Source: Chrysomallon squamiferum
Lineage: Eukaryota; Animalia; Mollusca
DNA length: 64,000 nucleotides
Assembly: GCA_012295275.1 (NCBI GenBank)
Contig: CM022667.1
Span: forward strand, 18,290,001 to 18,354,000
Direction: 5' to 3'
In this document: positions 34,501-45,935 of the stretch, piece after piece
How positions within the stretch are numbered: the stretch's first letter is position 1
How the letters are laid out: each line of letters begins with the position of its first letter
Position numbers and translations under genes: made by a program
The notes under the pieces: model-generated
Database searches by the model: none
What the model was told of the DNA's origin: nothing
What the model saw: the letters and a program-made list of their open reading frames with translations, nothing else

Positions 34501-35459
34501 CATCACTGGGAATGTTTAGAAAATGAGTGGGAAAGAGAAAAACAGAAAATCCTCAATACTCTGGGTTCTGGATTAGAAGGCATTGAATTCCAGCAAGAAC
34601 CTGAAGTATATCATTTGCTCATTTTCATAAATATAGCAATATTAAAAAAATAATTTTGGACATAAAACTATCTTGATAACAATAATCTTCTTGCCTTCAA
34701 ATAATGAAGGAAAGTTCAGTGCTTTCTTTGAAAACAAATAAAATCATTTAACTGAGATTTGATAGGCTGATAGTTCTAACTTGGATTTCTCTGTATTCAA
34801 GTATTAAATTTAATGTTTTTCCTACTGGACTGCTTTTCATGTTATTTCTTCTCTCAAAAGCTAATGTTAGGATCTAAAAGAAAATAAATTTCATTCATGA
34901 TGCAGTGAGTAAAATGTTGATTTCTGTGTTAGCAGTGAAAGATCACCAGTCAGAGGTCTTGCTATATATTGTAAGAGATGGTGCACTTACCTGCCACCTG
35001 TTTATTTAGACTGGCTGTCAAGCCATTGTTTTGCTCTTTTGGGGTCAGCAGTTCTCGTCTTGTCCCTAAACAAAATAGAGGCGTTCCAAAATGGCAGTTA
35101 TCATATTTACAAATTACCCCCTCGGGCATTTCAATGGGATGCAGTCTGATTTTTGCTGCTACTCACGATGCCTGTCTAATCAAGGCTACTGTAACAGGTG
35201 CTGTGTGGCTAAATTATTCTGCATGAATTTCAATGATCGCTACAAATCTTTTAACATGCAGTAATTATGTTATCCTAGATACATAAATAACTTTTAAAAA
35301 TATTATCTTTGTCCATCAAAAACAGCGTTATGCTTGATCCACACAATATATAAATAATTATTATCAACAGTGCATTGCCAAGTCAACATCACATTCTCAT
35401 AAATATTCATTATTACGCTGAGTGACAATTTTTTACTTTCAGAGCAATAAAAACGATCT

Positions 35460-35493
<34 letters not shown>

Positions 35494-38400
35494 TGTATAT
35501 ACAATATATACAGAAGATTTACAAAACAATACATGTTTATATATTGTATAAATATTTTCATGTAAAGAATATAATTCACAGAACAACCAGACAAAACTCA
35601 TGTGCACTTTGATTTTATTTAATTGCAAATAAAATAAACTTGTTAATAGTTAATGCATTTGATGCAATTATTTATAGGAATATGTTTGACAGACAAGTAT
35701 TCTGAACATTGTTGAAAGTACTTGCACCAGTTACACTGATTCCTGCCATCCCTTTCACAAATGCTGGGGAGGCCACTGCCGGTATAAAGTAACAACAATA
35801 TCCAGATACATATTTAAATTTTCTATTATAAAAAATAAATAATTAAGGAAATTTGTGTAAAAACTGAATTGTACAGATGATCTTTTATATAAATCATTTA
35901 TATTTTTGATTATAAAATAATTTTTTTTGTTTTAGACTTTCTTCAGTGACACATCTCTGAGTCATGGCAGGAGTAGTTTGGATCATATAGAGATGGCATA
36001 TGCTAGACAGGTTGGTAAATTAATAGATTAAACTACAAATACTGTTCATTTTTACACCATATATGCTGTTTCAGTTTTGTATTTTTGTGTCTGAGCTAAT
36101 CTGTGCCACTGTAAATTGTTTACTTTTAAATTCACTGTTTCTAAAGCACCAGTAATCAACATATCAAGAAGTTTAAATGTCGTAGTGTCATGATAGGGTC
36201 TGGTATATGATTATTCCAACAAAATAACTTAAGAACAAACTTTAATAATTTAGGTACTGCCAGCCTAGCTGATATAATTGGTCGAAGTTGTTAAAAGTAC
36301 AGATTTTGTCCATTTTCCTCCACTCCCAAATCCCTTCTCTAAATCCTACCATAAAAAACAAATACATGCAACTAAAGATCATTATGTGCTCTTTTAAATG
36401 GTGATGTTGTTCTTGTTGTATGTTAAATCAGTTCTTTGTACGAGAGTGTTAAACATGATGGGGGTAAGCACACTTCTGTGCCCATGGTCAGCAATTAACA
36501 GCGTGGAGTAAAAAGTCCTAAAATAGGGTCACTCTGCAAATGCCTGGCTTGTTTTCGCCAAAATGGCTTCAACTGAAACCACAGTGTCTATTTGCACTTT
36601 TACTCATTCTGCCGTGTGTCATTTTGAAGATTTTTGGAATGTTTAGCATGTTATTGTGAACACACATAGTGACATACAAACATACAGGTCTGAACAAAAT
36701 TGAGCTTATTTAGCAAGTTGGCCCCATCACTCTTATTGATTTTCAGCCTTTTGTGTCAATTACTTTTCAAACTACAGTTGGCCAAAGTAGCCCTTTCTGC
36801 TAATTAGCCAAAATTGGGCTGAAAAACAACCAAATACCTGTCATACTGATTTGCATATATATCTTCTGAACCACCGGAGAGAGAGTAATAATTTTTTGTG
36901 TATTTTCATTTATTTTGCTACAGCTTTCATTATGTGCATATTATGTAATATTAAAGTCAGAAAACATTTGCCTGCCGGTACCTAAATAATTAGTTTAAAA
37001 ATATTGGAAATTTTCATTTACACTTGATACTAAGAATGGGTTTCATATTAATTCTCAAGAGAATCCTGCTTTAAATACTTGAATAGCAATTCAGCATAAA
37101 CTTTTAAATTGTATTCTTTAATAAGATTTTCGTTGAATAAAAATAATGTAAATGAGGTATTTTACTGCAAATTTTTCAGGTTTATGTATACAATGAACAG
37201 ATTTTAGAAGGGAATATACGACCAAACCTGGCTGACATGTTTTTAGAAGTTGCTAAGAAACTGGATGACAAAGTGAATTTTTAATTACTTATTTATTATT
37301 TAACATATTCAACATTTTTTAATATTTGAATTATTGTTGTAAATATCATTTTTGATTTATCATTTTTGTATGAAATGATACATATTCTTTTACTAAACTT
37401 TAAAGATGGTTGTTAGTGTGTGTGTGTGTGTGTTGGTGCATTGGTGCACATATTTATTTTACACACAATTACATATTATTTTTATTATTATTATTATATA
37501 TAATGATATCTACATTTGTATCACAGAATGTATTGGGTCTGTGGGAGATGGTTCAGTGTATGGTGGAAATTCCTCTTGGTTTACCCTATGGAACAAGTGC
37601 AGCATTAATCCGGCAAAATAAAACAACCCAGATATCATTTGTTAAAAAGGCCAAACAGTATCTTGAAAAAACGTGAGATTTATCTTAAACATTGATCTTG
37701 AGGTGCGATTTATTTAGCCCAACAGTATCAAATTTTTCTCCAAATAAACTAAACTTTTGATTTCTAAAAAAAATAAGTTTGAAACAAAGAGAACCAATAT
37801 CATAGAAAAACACAAAACATGTAATTGATTAATAAGTAATCCAGTTGGTAATTATTATTTATTTTCTTATTTAAATTTGTAGCTATGTAAATATTATGAT
37901 GCAGTTATTATTTTGATTGGCAGTTATGTAAAATACGTCACAATGACAATCTATGGAAATCTTCAGCAAGCTCAGCTTGGTGGTGTGCCAGGAACGTACA
38001 GTCTGGTGAAAAGTTATCTCAATGTCCGTCCACCAGTGTCTCTCAGAGACTTGGAGGTTTGTACAATTCAATGAAATAGTGTCATTTATTACTTCATTTA
38101 ACATTATAAATGTATCACAAATATTAGATTATATTATTTAAACAAATTTTTTTTTGTAGTTGAGTTTTAAAGTAGTTTTTCAGATGTTGGATTATATTGT
38201 TCAGAAATAGATATTTTAAGAGAAATGCTGTGAAAAACTTATACTGTTGATTGCATGTTTGATGAAGGATATATCTGTCATTTTTAGGCCCTACAGTCTG
38301 GAGTTTTTGTGGAAACTCAAGTTTACAGAGCTTTTTTCTGTAGTGAAAAATTATTCATCATTAGTAGAATTCTCAATTCGTGTAAATGTAAATATGATTA

Positions 38401-41400
38401 ACTAATTGGTAGCTATTTTTGTATCTGTTCAGGAGGGTTTGATTGAAGGGCAGCCAGTGTGGGCTATGATTTATTATTGTCTGCGATGTGGAGACACTGA
38501 TGCTGCACAGCAGGTGGTCGACAGAGCCAGGTGTGTTTTTGTTAGACATCTGTAAGCTAATACAAAATATAATATTTATAATCAATAGTTTTTACTTCCT
38601 GTCCTCACATCATAAACCACCAATTTTATAATATAAAACTCATTCCATTCAGATTATTTCTTATTTGTAATTTTCAATGTTTATTTTGTTGGGGTTTTTT
38701 TTATGTTGTTTTTTAAGCATGATTTGCACCAAAATCCTTTATAAAATAAATTAGATTTAAATATAAAATAATATAATAACACTGTGATTTTGAAATATTT
38801 TCTCTTTTTAATTTCTCCATAATCATGAATAATGAAATATAGTTGATAATCTATAACTATTTTATTCATATAGCCATGTACTTGGTGATTTTCCTGCATT
38901 CTTCAAGGAATATGTATCCAGTGCAGATCACAGGTATATTTAATTTTTTTTTTATATATATACATGATTTTCAAGATTTATTTTATGTTACATGTAAAAT
39001 ACTGTCATTGTTAGATTATTAACATATGAATGCATATTTTTTAGCAGATATTTGCAAATTTTGGTTAGCAGTGTTTCTATATGGGAGAATTTATAAATAT
39101 TCATTTTGATAGTACCTCTTCTTGCTCAAAGTAGATAAATAAACTACTGAAATTAATATTATTTAATAAAATACGATAGAAAACAAGGTTAGTGACTAAT
39201 TTCATGTTTTTCCAAATTTCTGTTTAATATCTAGATACATGCTATTTTGAAAATAAATAACATTCTGTTGTTACTGAATAAAAAAGAGAAAGAAAAATAC
39301 ATTTTTATGATGGCTTTTTTGTGTGTGTGTCAGGCTTAGTCCAGGAAATGACACCAAAATTAAATTGCAGTACAGAAGAACAGTGAAAAATAGCTCGGAT
39401 CCTTATAAGAGGTGAGTTGCTTGAAATGAATGAAAGTTTATTCAAAACTATTTTCTGATAGAAGCATGCTCTTACACATAAATGGCTACACACAGGATAT
39501 AGTTTAAAAAAAAGAAAATCAGTAATTGTGAACATGCTTCATGATTTTATAAACACATACACACACAATTAAAACCAAATTTAGTTATAAAACATGTTCT
39601 GAGCAGCATTTGCTTTTGATTTTATAGCATCATTAATAAAATATTTAATACAGCATTGATTCCTTTTTGATAAAATAAAAATTATATATTTATAGATTTA
39701 GATTTTAAATTTTTATTTTTTTAATCGAAGTTTTATAAAAATGCATTCACTACATAAAATTTTATTTGTTAAAATTACATTTATTATTATTCATTTTATT
39801 TATTAAATTGTATTTAGAAATTTTATTTGTTCAAATTGTTTGTTTGTTATCTGCTTTTTTTGTTCATAATTTAATTTTTCTTTTGTCTTTATTACAGATC
39901 GGTGTATTGCATTGTGGGGCAGTGTGATTTCAACGAGGATCAGAGTGAGATCTCTGACAAAATAGATGACTACCTGTGGTTCAAGCTCTGTCAAATTCAG
40001 TTTGACAGCAGTGACACTGGAGAGGAACAATGCACCTTGCAGAAATTACAAAAATTACTTTATAAAGATTATGGTACAAAATTGTTTAGTAATGAAAAAA
40101 AAAGCAGAAAAATTAAAATTCTTTTAAATATTGCAAAAATTACAAAAAATACTTTATAATACATACAAAATTGTTTGGAAGTGAAAAAAAAGGCAGAAAA
40201 TACATCTTTTAAATATTGCCATTTTTTAATACTAAAGTTTAAAGTTAGATTTTATAAAATAAAACTTGAATGAACAGATTATATCCTTTTATACATAATT
40301 AGAAAAAATAATTTTTTATTTTTTGTTATTTAGATACGTTTTTATTATATTTTGTTTTTGAAGAGGTAATCAGGAATCAGATTTGATGCAAAATTACTAA
40401 ATATTATTTCTCTCTGTTCCAGTGTTTTTTGTATTTTTTATTCATAAATATTTTAGTTAAAACTAAGAATTACATAAAATAAGAAATTTTCATTACTTAT
40501 AAAACACAAGTATGAAATTATAAATTATATTTCCATTTTTATATTTTCAGGGGAGAGTCATTTTAATGGCTACAACCAACCATTTCTGTATTTCCAAGTG
40601 TTGATTCTGACAGCCCAGTTTGAGGCAGCCATCGAGTTCCTGTCTCGCATTGAACGATTACGATGTCATGCTGTCCATGTTGCCCTGGTGTTGTATGAAT
40701 TAAAATTACTTCTACTGCCCCCAAACTGTCAAGCACCACTCTGTAAGTCAAAGAAAAAAGTCCTAAACAATTTAATATTACTTTATTACTCTAATTATTT
40801 TGATAACAGTACTAATATCTTTTATTTAAAGATAAAACTGAAAAGCTGTGAAATTTTTTATCATAAAGTTAGGAATGTTTTTATTATGTTTTTTATACTA
40901 AAATATATAGTTTATGTTGGAAGTGTTTTAATTATAAATAAAATTAATACTTTTTAGTGTGAATGTTCTATAACTGATGTTTTTTCTTTTTTCAAATTAA
41001 AAATTGTTTTTTGCTGTAAAGTTTTTAATAAATAGAGACCTTGACAAAAAAAATGATATCAACTTTGGATAATATAAGAATCTGTAATATAATGCCACAA
41101 ACATAATTTAATCTTGGTTAATATGTATTAGTATATTCTTAATTCACTTTCCATTCTGTAGTAACCAGTCATCCAGATGATCCGATGCCAGTGATGAGAC
41201 TAAATTTAGCTCGTCTTGTTACCATGTACACACAAAAATTTGAGGACACTGACCCTCGTGAAGCTCTACAGTACTTTTACTTTCTGAGGTATGAATGTTT
41301 TTAAATTATAATTTTAAAAACTTGAAAACTATAATGCCGTAGAGTTTAATTTAGTGGTTAAACACCTTTAATGTTAAAAAGACTTTGTTAAAAATGGAAT

Positions 41401-44400
41401 CTGTTAAGAAAATACTTTTATAAAAACATTTATTAATATTGGTTTTTCATAAATTTTGTTACTACTTTTTTGAGGTGATAACATAAATAAAAAAAAGTAT
41501 TAAAATGCTGCAGACTTCTTTTTGTTTGTCTTAATATTTTACAATGTTCTCTACTGAAGTAATCTTAATGTAACAGGTCTGTTTCAGGTCCAAAACAGAT
41601 TACTTGTGTACATTTTTTTTATTAAATCATATGTATCCCTTAGCTGTCAGAAGACTGAAAATGAATTATGAAATATAATTTATTTTGTTTCCAGAGATTT
41701 GAAAGCAGCACACGGAGAAAATTTGTTCATGTCTTGTGTCAGTCAGCTTGTCCTTGACACAAGGGAGGTAATTCTTTTCCTGATTTCTAACAAATGTTAC
41801 TATAATATCTTATAGTTTATACCTGTAGGGAAAATAAAAGAAGAAAAAAGCATAGTTATTTTAAATTTGTTTCTTGATTGCTGACAGGCATTGTGATAAT
41901 TAATATAATCATGATATTTATGTATGCATGTATTTGTGTGTGTTTGCTAGCGTGTGTGTTTGCTAGCATTTGTGCATGGATACATATTTTGATGTAGACT
42001 GAGGAATGTATGATCCTTATTAATTTCTTTTTAAAAACAATGACAGATTTAAATTGTGGGATTCTCCAGAATAAATTTTCTTTATCTAATTTTTCTTGTT
42101 TAATTTAGTTTGATATGTTGCTTGGACGAATTGAGCGAGACGGTTCAAGAAAAGTAAGTTATATTTATTGAACATTTTATATTTATATTTGAAAAAAAGA
42201 AAAAGGAAGCTGAACTACTGTTTTATAACAGAGATTACTGGGTCTTGATTGATGTTCTTAACACTCTCGTGTCTTCTTTGTGTTGTGATAGAGATTCTTT
42301 AAAAGAGTTTATAATAATTTATAATTTTTATTTTCCAGCCTGGTGCAATTGATAAATTCAATCCTGACACTCAGAAAATCATAGAATTTGTTGCCAAGGA
42401 TACAGACTCAAAAGGGATGTTTGAAGAAGCTGTGCGGTTATATGATCTTGCTGGGGTAAACTGAATAATTAATTAAACCTTAATCTGTTAATCCAGTTAG
42501 GTTGTAATTGAAAGTTTATATTTGTTTGTGGTGCACAATGTTACACCAACTTAAAACTTAAAATAATTAAATGAGCTTGTATGTTTAATTAGCAGATTAC
42601 TGAATATATTCAGAATATATCTTTATAAAACTGTTTTTGATATTTTGTCAGCAAGACAGAAGTAATTTATCTGAACAACAAAAAGCTTTGTTTTTATATT
42701 ACAGAGTGATATCAAGAAAGCATGAAAGGAATCCATTCCCTTGGAAATATGATTTTTTTATCAATAAATATAACTGTGGTAACAGACGTAATATTTTTGT
42801 TATTAAGATACTTTATTTTAATGATGTGAAAGTTAAATAGAGATTGCTAATTTAATAATTTCATATGTATATGAAACCATCTTTGCTATTTACTGTTAGG
42901 GAAAAACAATCTTAAAACTGGTTGATATTTATTATAATTTAGAATCATGACAAGGCACTATCTCTGATGAATAAATTGTTGAGTCAAGTTATTGCTCAAC
43001 CTGGAACTCCACAATCCAGCAGAACTCGTCTGAAAAATCTAGCCGTTAATCTAGCTGAGAGGTATATTACTAGCATTTTTCAAATTCTATTTTGAAATGT
43101 TATTTCATTTTCTTTCATCCTAAAAATACTTTTGAGAAATTAATTGTAGAAAAAAAAAAAAAAAAATAACTGGCTTAAAAACAAGCTTTCTGAGACATAG
43201 AATGTGATTAATCATATTTAAAAATAAGTATAAAGTAAACGTCATTTATTAATTCTTATTAACCAGTGTGTACAAAGTTATAAATATATAAATATACCAA
43301 AGAATTGACTTAGTTGAGATCAAAATGATGTTAATTTATTGTTCTTCAGGTATCGTTCAATGGGACACAAAGGTACGAAAGCCAATACAGACACTTTCTA
43401 TCTTTTGCTGGATTTGATTACATTTTTTGATCTGTATCACACTGGAAGCACTGATCAAGCGTTTGAGGTAAGATAACTGTAAACTATTCAAGTTATGATG
43501 TTTAGTCGAGATTTTAAAACCACTCAAGTTACGGTATTTATTGTTTCAAGATTTTAAAACCACTCAAGTTACGGTATTTATTGTTTCAAGATTTTAAAAC
43601 CACTCAAGTTACGGTATTTATTGTTTCAATATTTTAAAACCACTCAAGTTACGGTATTTATTGTTTCAATATTTTAAAACCACTCAAGTTACGGTATTTA
43701 TTGTTTCAAGATTTTAAAACCACTCAAGTTACGATATTTATTGTTTCAAGATTTTAAAACCACTCAAGTAACGGTATTTATTGTTTCAATATTTTAAAAC
43801 CACTCAAGTTATATTTATTATTGTTTCAAGATTTTTAAAACCACTTTTTATTGTTTCAAGATTTTAAAACCACTCAAGTTACGGTATTTATTGTTTCAAT
43901 ATTTTAAAACCACTCAAGATACGGTATTTATTGTTTCAAGATTTTAAAACTACTCAAGTTATTGCCTACCACTGAAGAAGAGGTTCAACACAGAGTAAAT
44001 ACATTTGGACTTTACACAGATGAAGTAAGTTCTATTTATAAAAAAAAGAGTAACTTGAAGTAATTTCACTTTCTCATTACGAATAATGATGTAACCAGTT
44101 TTGTTGTTTAATATATATATATATATATATGTATGTATATACTTACATGGTTTAACCAAATTATATGACACATTTTTAAAAACAACAGAGAAGACCTTTT
44201 CTTATTTTTGGTATCTGTACAAACTGAACACTTTGAAATGAACATTTTGTTATTCAGGTACGTCGATGTTTACCAGATATTCTTTTGGCAGCCATGAATA
44301 TTCTGCATAACAAATACAAGGAAATCAGGTAGGATTTACTCTCATACACACCTTATTGAAATATATCAGTAGAAGAGGTGACCCACCGTAAGAATTAATC

Positions 44401-45935
44401 TAGTTAGTCTGCTAATAACAATTATATTACTGCATGGATTAACTTTTAAAACAATATTATCAGTTCCAGTGTTATGAAGACATCTGTAGTGTAATGTGGT
44501 GGTGGGGCATTATGCTTTTGTTTTCAGATGTTTCTTTTTTTCTTCTTTTTTATTTTCCTTACATTTGTGACACGATAACCATTTATGAAAGGATTTAAGC
44601 AATTTTTTTTCTTTTTTTTCTTAAACTAACATAATTACTTTTTTATGCTACAGAAGTTCTAGTATACAAAGCCCAGTGCCTGGAGGTCATGGAAAAGTTG
44701 ATGATGGTGGAAAGGAAATAGTGAGTTCCATGAGTTGTTTTACATTTTGAAGATTCCAGGTTTTGCTAGTGATTATTTATTAGTTATAAATACCGTAAAG
44801 ATATGACAACTGTTTTCTTAACTGCTATATTATACTCTACATCAGTGCCAATTTTTTTTGCCAATGGCACACCTTAGAATACATGAAAAAATAACAGCCA
44901 CACCTGGCTAATTATACAGGAAAAAATATTTGAATTTTGGCAAGTCATAATACAACTGTAAGTCAAGTTCATTGTTGGAAGAATGATTTATGAAAGGATC
45001 TCTAATCCAGTCATACTTTTCTGACTTTAATGACGGAAAGTAATTGTTGATGCTTTCGTCCAGGGCTGTCAGATGAGTAAACACAATAGAGATCATTTTT
45101 CTAATGCAGATAGAACGCAATAAAGGGAACATAACAAGATTGACAGTGATTACTCTGTTTTTCCAAATCACTATTTTCAATTTGAGGGCAACTAACTTGT
45201 TTGTTGAAGAGAGAATATTTTCATTTTTACCTTGCCTACTATTGTTTATTTTATTTAGTTCACTAAATACTTCTGTTAAGTATTCCATTTTAGACATCCA
45301 AAATTCACAACTAAGGTATTCACAGAATTTCTCCTACTTTTCCTGGATAAAAAATGATAGTAATTCCTTGTGCAGTTCGTGAACATGATTTAGTACTTTG
45401 CCTTTTGACAGCCAGCGAACCTCAGTGTGAATTAATAACTTAACATGCTGAGTCCATCTCTTTGCACAGTTATTCAGATAATCGTGACTTCAATGGCCTA
45501 CTTTTTACATAATTGACCATTCCAATAATTTGATGTAACACAACCTTTAAATCGTCCTGCGATGTTTTTGAAACAAGAACTTATCTATGTAGAAAGCATC
45601 GAGTACGAATGAGATTTGGATTTTCTTTATTTAAACAAAAGTTTGCGGCACACTGGTTGTGAATCACTGCTCTACATCCTAAATATTAAAGTTATAACAT
45701 TATAAACAAATACATAGGATATGAATATGAAATTATTAAATTAAAATCCAGTAAAATTAATATTTGTTCTTTATATCAGATTATGTTTATAACACTTAAC
45801 ATTTTTATTTTTCAGTATCTCACCTACCTTAGAAACCATGCCCAGGTGTTACTGCAGTTTGCTGGGACATTGCCATACAGAATTCCAGGAGACACATACT
45901 CCAGACTTGTGCAGGTTCAGTTTCTTATGAATTGA
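31544..45935 (+). CDS. NUP93: Nuclear pore complex protein Nup93 (Nic96), 23 coding exons, about 825 aa
   Basis: Exons: 31544-31722, 32115-32232, 34160-34222, 34480-34605, 35936-36010, 37180-37272, 37527-37672, 37924-38056, 38433-38530, 38874-38933, 39334-39411, 39898-40073, 40551-40742, 41162-41288, 41695-41767, 42109-42153, 42339-42455, 42943-43061, 43350-43467, 43941-44024, 44258-44328, 44654-44720, 45816-45935. They total 2478 nt, are all GT-AG and stay in frame. Motifs: [62 protein letters not shown]. Confidence 0.97.
32574..33607. mobile_element. 'Element B' MITE copy interrupted by a truncated element A (32687 to about 33138)
   Basis: 32574-32686 matches 36251-36363, and about 33203-33607 matches about 36570-36984. 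The insert starts GGGTCATTCCATGTCAAATC and is collinear with 616 to about 1058. Confidence 0.85.
36251..36984. mobile_element. 'Element B' non-autonomous DNA transposon, uninterrupted copy
   Basis: Termini TAGGTACTGCCAG ... CTGCCGGTACCTA are inverted, and a second copy lies at 32574-33607. The terminal TA could be a TSD or part of TAG..CTA ends, so the superfamily is unresolved. Confidence 0.8.
43511..43961 (+). repeat. 40-bp minisatellite (11 units plus a final partial unit that is the start of NUP93 exon 20)
   Basis: Unit ATTTTAAAACCACTCAAGTTACGGTATTTATTGTTTCAA(G/T). Units start at 43511, 43551, 43591, 43631, 43671, 43711, 43751, 43791, 43831 (30-bp variant), 43861, 43901 and 43941. Confidence 0.97.
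44843..45669 (-). mobile_element. Internally deleted hAT transposon (Buster/Charlie type) carrying a transposase pseudogene fragment
   Basis: Perfect 8-bp TSD CTCTACAT (44835-44842 and 45670-45677) with central TA. Ends are CAGTG ... GGTTGTGAATCACTG. The minus strand translates to [45 protein letters not shown] and [11 protein letters not shown], with stops and frameshifts. Confidence 0.93.

Noticed and set aside
34984-34996. U1 snRNA-like ACTTACCTG
   Set aside because: Only the 9-nt complement of a splice donor. No U1 stem-loops or Sm site follow.
40281-40290. U12-type donor-like ATATCCTTT
   Set aside because: It lies mid-intron. All reconstructed junctions are ordinary GT-AG and no exon is missing there.
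43511-43961. CRISPR array
   Set aside because: The units are head-to-tail with no unique spacers, there are no cas genes, and the context is a eukaryotic intron.
43468-44257. Apparent loss of a conserved NUP93 exon
   Set aside because: The exon is present at 43941-44024. Its start is hidden inside the minisatellite and would be lost by repeat masking.
44251-44263. CAG|GTACGT as a recursive splice site
   Set aside because: It is the start of a required coding exon after a short intron. AG|GT junctions are common and there is no other support.
44908-45297. 129-aa ORF as a domesticated ZBED/FAM200-like gene
   Set aside because: It is a fragment with flanking stops and frameshifts, bounded by transposon ends and a TSD.
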